This document shows, in pieces, positions 36,701 to 46,678 of a stretch of 64,000 nt of DNA. The notes below the pieces were generated by a model that saw nothing but the letters and a program-made list of their open reading frames with translations, made no database searches and was not told where the DNA came from. Source of the DNA: an uncultured Candidatus Poseidoniales archaeon (GTDB lineage Archaea > Thermoplasmatota > Poseidoniia > Poseidoniales > Thalassarchaeaceae); contig CAZXZO010000001.1 in the NCBI GenBank assembly GCA_964645485.1, positions 18,203-82,202 of the forward strand, in the 5' to 3' direction. The position numbers and the translations under genes were made by a program. Position 1 is the first letter of the stretch; every line of letters starts with the position of its first letter.

Positions 36701-38532
36701 AAGTTCAAAATGAATATCCTCATCCATCTTTCACAGTCAACCGAGATTCTAATTTGTCTCAGTCAGTCATAACACTAGATGGCTCAGCATCGTTTGACCC
36801 TGAGGGTGATACAATTTCTGCATGGTGGCATTCCGATATTGATGGTGACTTGAATACATCAATGTCAAACCCACTAATTTGGAACGGGTATCTTAGCCAA
36901 GGTTCACACACCATTAGCCTACGACTCTCTGATGATGATTCATACCATATCAATCAGTGGTCAGCACCATTTGAAGTTGAGGTTGAGGTACTCAACTCTC
37001 CTCCGCTAGCCCACATTGAATTACCAACTCCAACTGATAGTATTGAGTCAGCCGACTTAGTTCAATTTTCAGCCTATGGTTCAGGCGATTGGGATGCTCC
37101 TTGCTCAGAAGCATTTCCCGAAATGTCAACTGGTTGGTTGTGTAACCCAGGCAACCCTTCTATGCCCGATACAGTAACACCTGTGTGGACTAGTGATTTG
37201 CTTAGTGAACCATTTGGCGGTGATTGGCAGGTAGAGGCTAGATTACCTAGTGGCACTAATGTAGTCACTCTCACAGTCTCAGATGGGGTAAACCCCCCAG
37301 TAACCGATTCTATTACTCTTGAAGTTTCAACAAGCGCCCCGATTCTAGTCCTCAGTTCGCCAGACGATGGGATTGAAGTTGTGAGCAACGAAGTTGTACT
37401 TTTTGACCCTCAACAATCTTGGGACCCCGATGGTGATAACTTTACTTTTTCAGTCACTTCTAACCTGTTTAGTGAGCCTATACTTGATGCGGTTAATCCA
37501 AATTTCTGGTACTCAAGATATGTTCCCTCGGGTGATCACATCCTAACCTACACTGTTACAGATGAAACTGGGAAGAGTAGGAATGAGACGCGTTCTTTGA
37601 AGGTTTTAGCATCTCCACCTGTGGCAATTATTTCCTCACCTCAAGAAGGAGAAACAATTTCTCCTGGTGCAAACATAATGCTCAATGCTAACGAATCATG
37701 GGATGCGGATGAGGACATAATTCTCTATCGCTGGTACCTTGGTCAGGGTTCATCTGCTGTGTTGTTGAATGAGACTGAAATGGGCAACCAGACATTGGCT
37801 CCGGGATTACATCTGGTTTCACTCCAAGTCAAAGATAGTCGAGGTTCTTCAACATGGGCTTTCGTCAACATTACTGTTGAAGATTCGTGGCCGGTCTTGG
37901 ATGATTTGTTAGTTGAACCGGGCACATTGACTGCTGGAGTTGAATCAGTAATTACAACCAGGGCTATCGTACTTGATGCTGATATGACAACATGGGAATG
38001 CGTAGGTTGGGCATCTCAAGGTGGAATTGAGACCGAATTTTCACTTTCTGATGATGGTACAAATTCTGATGACGTTGCTAGTGACAGCACTTGGACAGGC
38101 CAAGTGAAAATCACACCTGGCCGTGATGGATGGGTGAATATCGAGGTAGTTTGCCGTGATGGACCCAGTGCTGAACCTCAATTATCAAATCGTCTTTCTT
38201 CTACTATTAGAGTTGAAGGAGCATCTCAACAATCATCATTCTTTGATGTCATAATGGATAGTACAATTGCAATTATTCTTGGTCTTCTTGGACTTGCAAT
38301 TGTCGGCGGCGTATTCTTCACATTTGCTCGTAAACGCCGCCTTGCTGCCGACTTACAGATGATTGAATCGTGGGGTGTTGGTGGATTTGGTGATGAAGAT
38401 GATGAGTCACCATTTGATGAAGAAGATACAATCGCTGTATCAGGCAATGTAAAACCTCTTGACTTTACTGAAGAGGTAGATTCTGAAGGAATATCAGATG
38501 ATGATATTCCTTCGATGGTTGAACTTGACTAA
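33724..38532 (+). CDS. Large surface protein: right-handed beta-helix repeats, PKD-like Ig domains, C-terminal TM
   Basis: Parallel beta-helix-type repeats in the N-half; FNASNSWDLDND, LDGSASFDPEGD and LNANESWDADED PKD motifs; LSDDGTNSDDVASDSTWTG; TM and acidic tail. Confidence 0.85.
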   Translation: MAGGMRTALLFTLVLAFSSVVSILPVEEHQNLSSEEESLPTSSKALIIWSGTMDINNDFTVAAGDELRIFAGTTLQMGPGVRIYVDGKVVADGTAADPITIQVQSGFTWHDGFQFNSSSRNRGSSLRNVTFNDAQFGITIFNSDPVIEDVLFNNVDLVAIDLFDGANPIIRRTTFAGGGQDVHGSMTNWRYGIGLSIGASSAPFVEDVNFTNQITRAISYWGNSGGVIRGVNITDVGGATMNISAAIFVEDSLPLIEDVSISKCDNGIYILHATDSLITRPVFRDVVVGDSQYSAIMMTKSDRSNYSTYMMGRFHNLEVFGTGGPNSSSPGLAYGTVFLNTSGGWFEDVNIHDNTINGIKLYMTDPATSFINTSITRSGALIGGTNERAGFFMRSSSNGGPSIQNLTVSESPGVGIFVSKGDVSGSDWVTEDNGNEGLLVQDAFPSVSNILSQNNGFSGLRVSNSNRLALQNFESRHNGYSAPSAQNGAGMVFVESNQYGMFAGTNVQCAQCKSIDDNWGALRVQDSVDIQFVDLEVNDPNVAQGQSAIVIDDSNMNWDGWVDFDGAEIHANLSATAPVILIDDADARLEGINLYGNHSGIQWSGRTLDSKIGNSTLVGNNCLSLSNLPKLNTWGLDVSGCSGSVTVAGSDLNLTDYIQGSVPFSITGQSYVRAISSQVTIPTLAPSVTFDEMWFVDLWVVNQFSHGLPNAIVNASFSQFETDFSTTVPYGGNKILGPFVGQRHTLTGASAVTDFSTECWYDNTQGTTGPDALNQDLMMHLCTITLVNQAPLILWDEPLNGTVTSSGAEIWFNASNSWDLDNDPITFQWISDIDGDAPSFCGGFGNGVVPGDLLVNGPDIQGQCTLTDGVHQITLEVCDDQGNCASETRTIEFVNLPPSVIVQTTPPLDWDGVLRLNFTENLHVNASDTTDAEGDFIQTGEWADYEQAGIQVSATYPLEWNRTFELATNRQFTYTMAFSDGLNPTVYYNISVEVQNEYPHPSFTVNRDSNLSQSVITLDGSASFDPEGDTISAWWHSDIDGDLNTSMSNPLIWNGYLSQGSHTISLRLSDDDSYHINQWSAPFEVEVEVLNSPPLAHIELPTPTDSIESADLVQFSAYGSGDWDAPCSEAFPEMSTGWLCNPGNPSMPDTVTPVWTSDLLSEPFGGDWQVEARLPSGTNVVTLTVSDGVNPPVTDSITLEVSTSAPILVLSSPDDGIEVVSNEVVLFDPQQSWDPDGDNFTFSVTSNLFSEPILDAVNPNFWYSRYVPSGDHILTYTVTDETGKSRNETRSLKVLASPPVAIISSPQEGETISPGANIMLNANESWDADEDIILYRWYLGQGSSAVLLNETEMGNQTLAPGLHLVSLQVKDSRGSSTWAFVNITVEDSWPVLDDLLVEPGTLTAGVESVITTRAIVLDADMTTWECVGWASQGGIETEFSLSDDGTNSDDVASDSTWTGQVKITPGRDGWVNIEVVCRDGPSAEPQLSNRLSSTIRVEGASQQSSFFDVIMDSTIAIILGLLGLAIVGGVFFTFARKRRLAADLQMIESWGVGGFGDEDDESPFDEEDTIAVSGNVKPLDFTEEVDSEGISDDDIPSMVELD

Positions 38533-38550
38533 GTTTTGATTACAACAATG

Positions 38551-38952
38551 TTAGATGAGATGGGACATGTCCCATTGATTTTCTGATTGATTATTTAGCG
38601 GCACACCTAGATTAAATGCTTGAGTTTTATTCACCGGAATTCGCATTCTTAGCACAGATTGACCCCATATTTTCCCTTGTGAATCGAGTCTCAAGGAAGT
38701 TGTAGCGCCCCCACCTAATCCTTCCCTTAACAAGCAATTCACTGCACCTATACCAGGCATAGGCCAAACCGATATTTGACCGGTGACCGAATCGCCATAC
38801 CACTCTTCTAGGAGTTTTGGGGTTAGAGCATCCTCTAAGATTTCGAGCCACTTTTTTTGGTGAGCAATTAGTCCAATATTGAACGAATCTCCTTTATCAC
38901 CTGACCTACCATGTGCTAAATCTGATAGTGGTATCCAAACAACTTCACTCAA
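38551..38952 (-). CDS. AtuA-related C-terminal domain protein
   Basis: LSDLAHGRSGDKGDSFNIGLIA...LGGGATTSLRLDSQGK. Confidence 0.85.
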   Translation of the reverse strand: MSEVVWIPLSDLAHGRSGDKGDSFNIGLIAHQKKWLEILEDALTPKLLEEWYGDSVTGQISVWPMPGIGAVNCLLREGLGGGATTSLRLDSQGKIWGQSVLRMRIPVNKTQAFNLGVPLNNQSENQWDMSHLI

Positions 38953-40604
38953 GTTTCCACCTCTTTTTCAGTTAAATTAGTTAATTCAATTATTGGATCG
39001 GTTTTTTCCCACCCGAGTTTCTTGGTAATTGGGTGTGTCCACTCTCGCTCTTCAAGTTCATCTTGTAAGCGAGAGATGAAGCCTCTTGTGCGCTTGCGAA
39101 TAAAATGGAACCGTTCACTTTCTTCATTGATATGAATATGAGTAAGAATTTCAACTTTCACCATAGATTCAACAGATTTTCTTGAGATTAGAGTTGGCCA
39201 AAATTGTAGTTGACGGCGCGGTTTTGGACGTGCTCCATATCCGCCAACTCCCGCTGGACCAGTTAGTACAAGCGGAGCAATTTCTCTTGTGAATTCTGTT
39301 ATATTTTGACGAATAGGACTTGTGGCTGCCCACCGAAGTAAGATTTCAGGTGGGTTAAGTTTTGGTGACATTCTCTGGCGGACATTGTCGGGTAGACTAA
39401 CTCCGCCACCGATGAATTCGGTGTGAATTTCCAATTCTTCTAAGTCAGCAAGCCTAGTTCTCAAAGCGGTATCACAAGCGGTCGCTCTGGCCATTGCATC
39501 GGGTCCACTGACAAGAAGGCTGGAGGAAGCAAACCAACCACCCTCTATAGCGGCGCTGACTTTCAGAGAGCTCGGTTCAGTTTTACCTACAGCACCTCTG
39601 ACTACAACTACATCCTCAGATTCATCTTCAATAGTAATATTCCGCATATCAACTACAACATCAGGGGTGATATATGATTCAGGATTCCCGATTTCATAAA
39701 TCAATTGTTCAGCAACAATATTTCTGTTCACCATGCCACCTCCGCCTTCACCTCGAGTAATTTTCACATCACCATTTGCATAAATTTCAGCAATCGGTAA
39801 GGTGAGAGTTGCAAGGTTTTGCACCTCAGTCCAATTAGAATAATTCCCTCCACAAACTTGCGCCCCACATTCTATCAAATGGCCTGCAGTGGTCCATTGT
39901 GCAAGAATATCGATCGGATTTGTGATGTGTGAGGGAGCCCAATCTACGACCGGAGATTCTCGAGTTAGCCCAAGTTTGAATGCATTTGATGCCCAGCCTG
40001 CAGAATGTAACATACAGCCGACTAGAAGGCTAGCATCTGCAACTCGTCCTGTAATGATGATATCCGCACCGATTTCAAGTGCAGATGCTATTGGCCCAGC
40101 GCCAAGATAGGCATTTGCTGACATCATCTCAGAGCCATTTCTGGGGAGTGTTTCTCCACTTTCAAAATGAGTTAATTGTTCTCCATTTTTTAGTAGATAA
40201 TCAAGTCTAGGTAGGATATCATCTCCTAAAATGACCGCAACCCTACAGTCGTGCCAACCTATTCTGGCTGCTTGTTTGAGGACCATTTTCGCACAAGATT
40301 CGGGATTTGCACCACCACCATTTGTAACCAACTTCACTGATTTTTTCCTCAGTGCATCTATTCCACCTGCAGAAAGCCATGTTTCAAGGTCTGTTGCCCA
40401 CCCTGCATTCGGGTCACGGCTTTTCTGTTTGGCCATAATTGAGAGAGTTAATTCAGCAAGGTAATCAATCATCATGTAATCTAAATCATCGCTCTTGAGA
40501 AGGTCAATTGGTGCAAGAGGTCTGTCACCCCAAAAACCACCACCTGAACCAATTCTAATTGGCTCTTCGCAGACAACACCAAAATTGGATGTACTAACCG
40601 TCAA
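38949..40604 (-). CDS. atuA: Acyclic terpene utilization AtuA family protein (DUF1446)
   Basis: RIGSGGGFWGDR, DYLAELT, ANAYLGA, IITGRVADAS, GHLIECGAQVCGGN, EQLIYEI. Confidence 0.9.
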   Translation of the reverse strand: MTVSTSNFGVVCEEPIRIGSGGGFWGDRPLAPIDLLKSDDLDYMMIDYLAELTLSIMAKQKSRDPNAGWATDLETWLSAGGIDALRKKSVKLVTNGGGANPESCAKMVLKQAARIGWHDCRVAVILGDDILPRLDYLLKNGEQLTHFESGETLPRNGSEMMSANAYLGAGPIASALEIGADIIITGRVADASLLVGCMLHSAGWASNAFKLGLTRESPVVDWAPSHITNPIDILAQWTTAGHLIECGAQVCGGNYSNWTEVQNLATLTLPIAEIYANGDVKITRGEGGGGMVNRNIVAEQLIYEIGNPESYITPDVVVDMRNITIEDESEDVVVVRGAVGKTEPSSLKVSAAIEGGWFASSSLLVSGPDAMARATACDTALRTRLADLEELEIHTEFIGGGVSLPDNVRQRMSPKLNPPEILLRWAATSPIRQNITEFTREIAPLVLTGPAGVGGYGARPKPRRQLQFWPTLISRKSVESMVKVEILTHIHINEESERFHFIRKRTRGFISRLQDELEEREWTHPITKKLGWEKTDPIIELTNLTEKEVET

Positions 40605-40623
40605 ATCCTACTACCGGAATCGT

Positions 40624-40689
40624 ATTACTACTGTGTAGTAATTGAACCTATGAGTGTCTATGGTAACAGGAGGTGTTGGTAGCAACACC
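40624..40689. promoter_or_regulatory. Two perfect inverted repeats between the GT2 and atuA genes
   Basis: ATTACTAC-TGT-GTAGTAAT (40624-40642) and GGTGTTG-GTAG-CAACACC (40672-40689). Confidence 0.4.
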
Positions 40690-40702
40690 GATTTTTATTG
40701 TG

Positions 40703-41449
40703 TTATTCCTCTGGACCCCAAGGCGAACGAGTTCGATTCAGTCCGAAACGCTTGAGATATAGGAAGATTAGATTCTTTCTTCCATCTGCCCATGTGTTGA
40801 TTTCAGCGTCTCCAACTCGAGGATAATATGGCACTGAAATTTCAATTGCCTTTTTCTTGCCAAAACAGCGCCGTGCATTGATTTTCATTTCTTCTGAAAG
40901 TGGCATTCCATCATTTGTTGGCCTCATTTTCGGATTATCCATGATACGCTTGTAAAATACCCACATACCGGATTGGGAATCATGAATTCCATACCAAAAT
41001 AACATGCGGGCGGTGAAAGACAAGGCCCAATTTCCAAAGCCATGCATACCTGACATACTTCCTTCTTCGGCTCTCTTGAGACGATCACAGGTGATAAATT
41101 CCAATTTTTCTTCAACTAATTTTCTAACTAACCCAGGGACTTCTTCTCCAGGATAGGTGCAGTCTGCATCCATTGTTACGATAATTTCTCCCGGGGCCAT
41201 CGCGAACCCTGTTCGATATGCTCGACCATACCCTTTTCGTGGCTCAAGATATACCTGTGCTCCTTCTTGTTCCGCTAGTTCTCTTGTTTTATCAGATGAA
41301 TTTCCGTCAATGATTAAGAAATCTAGTTTTTCACACCATCCATCAGACGGTACCGAACGAATCGTATCAACGATTGCAGCCTCTTCATTCCGGGTCGGTA
41401 TAACCACTGTCACATGTACTGGGAGTGTATCAGACATCTCTGTCACCAA
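40703..41449 (-). CDS. GT2 glycosyltransferase (polyprenol-phosphate sugar synthase-like)
   Basis: VVIPTRNEE, IIDGNSSD, RKGYGRAY, VTMDADCTYP, DSQSGM. Confidence 0.95.
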   Translation of the reverse strand: MVTEMSDTLPVHVTVVIPTRNEEAAIVDTIRSVPSDGWCEKLDFLIIDGNSSDKTRELAEQEGAQVYLEPRKGYGRAYRTGFAMAPGEIIVTMDADCTYPGEEVPGLVRKLVEEKLEFITCDRLKRAEEGSMSGMHGFGNWALSFTARMLFWYGIHDSQSGMWVFYKRIMDNPKMRPTNDGMPLSEEMKINARRCFGKKKAIEISVPYYPRVGDAEINTWADGRKNLIFLYLKRFGLNRTRSPWGPEE

Positions 41450-41526
41450 ATCGCCGACTTACCCATCTCTCTTGAAAGGCTCTATCGGATGAACTATCAA
41501 GGAAGCGCTTGAAAACCATAGCCTAA

Positions 41527-42837
41527 GTGGCCGTTATGCCTGAATTGGCATTTGGAGGTGGGAAATTGCACGTGGCAATGTTGTCGGGCGAATATCCACC
41601 CCGTTGGGGTGGGATGGGTTCAACCGTCTTTCATCTATCAGGTGCCCTAGCCAAAATAGGACACAAGGTGACGGTGATAACGCGCCGCGATTCTCAGGCG
41701 ATAAAGAATCCATCTTTGATTCCTAAACTCGACGGCGTGAATGTTTTGATGGTAAAATGGGCAAAAATCCCAATGGCTTTCACCCGTTCATATGGTCGGC
41801 ACGCATTGAAGGAATTGTTACGACTTCACAAGGTTGATCCAGTGGATGCAGTTCATGTGCATGCGCCGATGATTTCCTGGACCGCCAAACAATTTGCCCA
41901 AGTTCGGGCTGAAATTGGTAACGTCACAACAACTCTGCATGGTTCTTGGCTTGGCGAGAGAGATGGGATGCTTCGGGCAGCAAAACTTGGGGAGTCAGCG
42001 ACTTGGAAGAATGCAAATGATTTAGCGATTTTATTGTCGGCTAAACATTATGCAAAATATGAGCGCGCCGCGGTTCGTGGTTCAACTGTTTGCGTTGCTA
42101 ATTCGGAGGCTACTAAACTAGATTTTGAACAGCGATATGACCCGCCTAAAAATTGGCGCGTTGAGGTAGTGCGATGGGGTGTTGATATTGACATGTTCCG
42201 TCCGCAAAATCATGATGATGAAGATTCACAATTAGCACATGAAAAAATGCGCAGTCGTTATGGTCAACCAGATGAAGCTGCACTCCGAGGTGATGCTGAT
42301 ACAAAGACTCCATTATTGTTAGCAGTAGGCCGATTAGCAGGGCGTAAAGGCTTCCGAACTTTACTAAGAGGGATGCCCGAAATTTTAGAAAAAAATAGTG
42401 GTGCACATTTGGTAATTGTTGGCCGTGGTCACATGCGAAAAACCCTATTGAAGCAGGCAAAAAAACTAGGTATCCGGGATTCAGTAACGATAGAATCTGG
42501 AATGGCATTTTCAGACTTGGCTCAGTTATTCAGGTCTGCTGATTTAACCATCTATCCTTCGCTATATGAGGGTCAAGGATTGATACCATTGGAATCAATG
42601 GCATCTGGTACTCCTTGTGCAACTGTGAATGATGGTCCCCTACCCGAAATGGTGGATGAATCAGTTGGTGGCTTATTTGAAGTTGGTAACCCTTCTTCTC
42701 TCGCTGAAACAGTCAACGGACTTCTCAACAACCCAGAACTTATTCCAGAATTAGTGGCAAACGGCCGAAGAAGGGTGGTTGAGGAATATACATATCACTT
42801 AAATGCAGAAAAATATGCAATTTTTTACTCACAATGA
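41527..42837 (+). CDS. GT4 glycosyltransferase
   Basis: EYPPRWGGMG, LLAVGRLAGRKG, PSLYEGQGLIPLESMASG. Confidence 0.95.
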   Translation: MAVMPELAFGGGKLHVAMLSGEYPPRWGGMGSTVFHLSGALAKIGHKVTVITRRDSQAIKNPSLIPKLDGVNVLMVKWAKIPMAFTRSYGRHALKELLRLHKVDPVDAVHVHAPMISWTAKQFAQVRAEIGNVTTTLHGSWLGERDGMLRAAKLGESATWKNANDLAILLSAKHYAKYERAAVRGSTVCVANSEATKLDFEQRYDPPKNWRVEVVRWGVDIDMFRPQNHDDEDSQLAHEKMRSRYGQPDEAALRGDADTKTPLLLAVGRLAGRKGFRTLLRGMPEILEKNSGAHLVIVGRGHMRKTLLKQAKKLGIRDSVTIESGMAFSDLAQLFRSADLTIYPSLYEGQGLIPLESMASGTPCATVNDGPLPEMVDESVGGLFEVGNPSSLAETVNGLLNNPELIPELVANGRRRVVEEYTYHLNAEKYAIFYSQ

Positions 42838-42921
42838 GGTATTCATACTCACAATTGGTGATTTTCCCTTTCATCAAGCCTGCAAAGCGATTATCACTAT
42901 GAGGGATGCCTAAGGCATCCA

Positions 42922-45282
42922 ATGCGAGCCGGGCTGCGTGTAATCGCGATTTTCATTGCCCTTACACTTATCCCAATTCCAACATCATCTGCTGACAATT
43001 CAATATCAACTGCTGCAACCCTTACTGATGGTTCAACTAGCAGTGGTTCAGTCAATGCCGATGGTGATACAACCGATTGGTGGAAAATAGAAGCCTGGAC
43101 TGGTGACTCAGTGAGTCTGAGTGTAAGCACATGTTGTCACGGTACCTTCGATGGTTATGATGGCCAAATGGGTATTTACGATTCCTCTGGAAATGAATTG
43201 ACATCAACAAATTTCGCAAATGATGGAACTAGAAACATTGCCGCAACTGCAACATCCCATGACTGGTATTTTTTCCGTATCAAAGCAGTGCCAGATGGCT
43301 GGTTTTCTAGTCAATTCGATTACGATGTGACTCCGCAACTTCAAACCGGATATCGTGATACTGATGACGACGGTTTCACCGATAATAACGATGATTGTGA
43401 TACCATACCTGGTGATTCCACATCCGACAGAGATGGCTGTCCAGATACAGATGGTGATGGGTATAGTGACCCAAGTTCAGGATGGACTATTGCCCAAGGG
43501 GCAGACGCATTTTTCCAAGATAGCACTCAATGGCATGATTCAGATGGTGATGACTTTGGAGACAACCCGGCACCGGCTTTGAATCCTGATGGTTGCCCTG
43601 ATTTCTACGGCCATTCAACCCAAGACCGCAACGGCTGCACAGATAGTGATGGTGATGGTTGGTCGGACCCAGACCCAACCTCACTCTGGTCCGATTCTCC
43701 TTGGTATGTTTCAGATGGTGCCGACGCATTTTTCCAAGATAATACTCAATGGCACGACACAGATTCAGATTCCTTCGGTGATAATTGGGCCGACATGAGT
43801 TGGGGTGCTTGGAGGGATGGAACTGGGCTAGGAGAGTATGTTGAAAATGCAACTCGGCCAGATTTTTGCCCCGCAGAATGGGGTAATTCCACAGAAGACA
43901 GATTTGGTTGCCTAGATAGCGATGGTGATGGCTGGTCAAATCCTGATATGAACTGGACTTTTGACCCAGTTTTGTGCTTGAACAATGAAACCCACTGCGC
44001 CGATGCTTTTCCAGATGACCCTACTCAATGGGCCGACAGAGATTTGGATGGATTTGGCGATAATCCGCTTGGCACAGACCCAGACGCATTCCCAGACAAT
44101 CCAACTCAATGGCTTGATTCAGATGGCGATGGTTACGGGGATAACACAGCGTCTGGGGCTTGGCAGGCTGACAATTTTTCACATGAGCCAACTCAGTGGG
44201 CTGATTTAGACGGCGATGGATACGGAGACAATCTTTCAGGTGCTGAACCTGATTCTTGTATCAATAGGATAGGAAGCAGTCATCACGACCGATATGGTTG
44301 CCCTGATTCAGATGGAGATGGCTACTCAAATGCTGATGGCAATTGGTTAGCACACCCTTCCGGCTTTGGTGACGCATTCCCTGATGAAATAACTCAATGG
44401 CATGATGTTGATGGTGATGGGTTTGGCGATAACCAAGAACTAGGAGCCTGGCAATCAGACTCTTGTGTTGCAACTTTTGGCAAATCTTACCTTGACCGAT
44501 GGGGTTGTCCAGACACTGATGGTGACGGCTCTTCTGATGCCCAGCCAGAACTTGGTTGGCTAGCAAATCCATTTGGTGAAGCAGATGCCTTCATCAATGA
44601 CCCAACTCAGTGGGAAGATTTTGATGGCGATGGTTTCGGTGATAACCAAGCAACAGGAGCAACAACTCCAGACCGCTGCAAAGAAACACCCGGCACAAGC
44701 AGGGAAGACCGTCATGGTTGCACAGATTCAGACAATGATGGGTATAGTGACATGGGAGACCGTTTCCCATATGACCCTAGTCAATGGGCAGATTCTGATG
44801 GAGATGGATTTGGAGACAACAGTTTTGGTCACCAACCAGATGCTTGTCCATTTGAGGAAGTTAGCCTTGGAGTTTCTCTAATCGATCGTTTGGGTTGCCC
44901 CGACATTGACCGAGATGGATACTCAGATCCTGCTGATAATTGGTTAGCAAATCCAGAAGGAAAAGCAGACGCCTTCCCCAAAAACCGGTTGCAATGGTCT
45001 GACCAAGATGGTGATGGGTATGGTGACAATTCGATGGGCACCCTCAGAGATGACTGCCCTATTGAGGCAGGCACCTCGTACATTGATTTGCAGGGTTGCC
45101 CAGATTCCAATAGTGATGGATTCAGTGACTCCTATGGTACAATAAACGCTCACATTTCGTTGATGTCTGAGAATCCATCATCCTCAATTTTCACATTCCT
45201 CCCTCCACTAATCATTTTTGTCTTGACATTCTTGTTTGTCACGGCTTTACGTAAACAGGATGAAGGTGATATTCTTGAGTAA
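42922..45282 (+). CDS. Surface protein with PPC-like domain and about 20 TSP3-like repeats, C-terminal TM
   Basis: Signal peptide, DTTDWWKI beta-domain, repeated DAFPxDxTQWxDxDGDGYGDN and DRxGCPDxDGDG. Confidence 0.85.
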   Translation: MRAGLRVIAIFIALTLIPIPTSSADNSISTAATLTDGSTSSGSVNADGDTTDWWKIEAWTGDSVSLSVSTCCHGTFDGYDGQMGIYDSSGNELTSTNFANDGTRNIAATATSHDWYFFRIKAVPDGWFSSQFDYDVTPQLQTGYRDTDDDGFTDNNDDCDTIPGDSTSDRDGCPDTDGDGYSDPSSGWTIAQGADAFFQDSTQWHDSDGDDFGDNPAPALNPDGCPDFYGHSTQDRNGCTDSDGDGWSDPDPTSLWSDSPWYVSDGADAFFQDNTQWHDTDSDSFGDNWADMSWGAWRDGTGLGEYVENATRPDFCPAEWGNSTEDRFGCLDSDGDGWSNPDMNWTFDPVLCLNNETHCADAFPDDPTQWADRDLDGFGDNPLGTDPDAFPDNPTQWLDSDGDGYGDNTASGAWQADNFSHEPTQWADLDGDGYGDNLSGAEPDSCINRIGSSHHDRYGCPDSDGDGYSNADGNWLAHPSGFGDAFPDEITQWHDVDGDGFGDNQELGAWQSDSCVATFGKSYLDRWGCPDTDGDGSSDAQPELGWLANPFGEADAFINDPTQWEDFDGDGFGDNQATGATTPDRCKETPGTSREDRHGCTDSDNDGYSDMGDRFPYDPSQWADSDGDGFGDNSFGHQPDACPFEEVSLGVSLIDRLGCPDIDRDGYSDPADNWLANPEGKADAFPKNRLQWSDQDGDGYGDNSMGTLRDDCPIEAGTSYIDLQGCPDSNSDGFSDSYGTINAHISLMSENPSSSIFTFLPPLIIFVLTFLFVTALRKQDEGDILE

Positions 45283-46609
45283 ACAGTTAATTGCGTATTT
45301 GTCGCTTTTTGTACTGTTAGCACCTCTTTTCGCAACAGCAGTTTCAGGCCAAGACCCACCGCATATTGGGGTAGATAGTTCAAGAGCTGACAGGCTAGAT
45401 TTAGACAATGATGGTGATAGAGATACCATCAGAGTAGTCTATCTTCTAAACACCACTTCACACTATGCAGAGGCAGCAGTTCAAATCGATGTCGAGCATG
45501 CGGGGATGACACTAACTTTCTGGGACAATCTCACCTTTAACCGAACAACCCCTTATTTCGGTTCTACTGATGTTCAGGCGTGGGGAGATGGTACATTCTA
45601 TGTTAGAATGAAAGTCTGGGATGCTGAGTCTAACATGATAGTTTACTCAGAAGATTTTGGTGAATATGAACTGATGGCAAGTCTAACTGCGCCTTACTTA
45701 AGATTTGATTTAGAGGCGGCATCAACAATTTTCTTAGGCGATGATTGTGTAATTGAGAGAGTGTTCCTAGATGAGATTGGTGACCTATATGGTGCGACTG
45801 GTGTAATCTCACTAAGTGGTACACCGTGGCTTGTTCCCAGTGATCTCTCAGACATCGATTGCTCAACTTGGCCTGCTCGGGATTATCAGTTGGAGATGTT
45901 CTATCAAAATAGCCTAGGATTCTCAACCTCAACAACAAAAGAGTTCACAATTCACTCACTGCCTCCACCCGTATTCACACTTAATGTGACAGGGAATAAC
46001 GACGAAGTAGGTTCACCGTGTTCGGTGGCTATTGAGCCATCAATTGGCACTATAATGGCACTTATGGCTGTAGAGTGGGAAATTACTGACCCTCGTGGTG
46101 AGGATGTTTCTGTGCCCGGTTTTTCAACTCTTGACTGCCGTCTTTGGCAAGTCGGCTTCAGTAAGGTTAGGGTCACAGTGACTTCGCCAGAAGGACAATC
46201 CACTCGGGGGGCATTCAATCTAGTTCGCTTACCGCCGATTGGCGAAGTATCTGCTGAGGTACTAGATGCGGCAGGGCCTGAAAATATGTGGCCAGAACGT
46301 TCGTTTGGAGAAGAATATGAGCCAACACCGTTCTTTGGTGAGTCAACATTGGCGGCCCAAGGTGTTGTGCTGGTGGTTGGTCTTGGTGCGGCAATATTGT
46401 TAGGATTGTTTGGAGGAGCAATGTGGAACCGGAGAGGTGATGAAGAAATGGCATTTGGTGATGTGAATGCAATGGAATTAGAACCTGACTCAGATGGTTT
46501 GCCATCTTACGTGGACCCTACTGGTGTTCACTGGCGACAGCATCCTGATGGCGCTGTTGATTGGTTTGACCAAGTTTCTGGTCAATGGGTACCTTATTCC
46601 GAAGTCTAA
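45236..46609 (+). CDS. Membrane-anchored protein with Ig-like domains and Trp-rich tail; likely start 45260
   Basis: Signal peptide, DLDNDGD loop, TM, C-terminal YVDPTGVHWRQHPDGAVDWFD. Confidence 0.75.
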   Translation: MSRLYVNRMKVIFLSKQLIAYLSLFVLLAPLFATAVSGQDPPHIGVDSSRADRLDLDNDGDRDTIRVVYLLNTTSHYAEAAVQIDVEHAGMTLTFWDNLTFNRTTPYFGSTDVQAWGDGTFYVRMKVWDAESNMIVYSEDFGEYELMASLTAPYLRFDLEAASTIFLGDDCVIERVFLDEIGDLYGATGVISLSGTPWLVPSDLSDIDCSTWPARDYQLEMFYQNSLGFSTSTTKEFTIHSLPPPVFTLNVTGNNDEVGSPCSVAIEPSIGTIMALMAVEWEITDPRGEDVSVPGFSTLDCRLWQVGFSKVRVTVTSPEGQSTRGAFNLVRLPPIGEVSAEVLDAAGPENMWPERSFGEEYEPTPFFGESTLAAQGVVLVVGLGAAILLGLFGGAMWNRRGDEEMAFGDVNAMELEPDSDGLPSYVDPTGVHWRQHPDGAVDWFDQVSGQWVPYSEV

Positions 46610-46678
46610 GATTGAATCAACATAGGCGCCTTCAATCAATTGTCAGAAGAAATGGGTTAATTGTCAGGAGGTTGAAAA

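Noticed and set aside
42922-45282. TSP3-like repeat proteins as a novelty
   Set aside because: Such Ca-binding repeat surface proteins are a commonly seen feature of Marine Group II genomes
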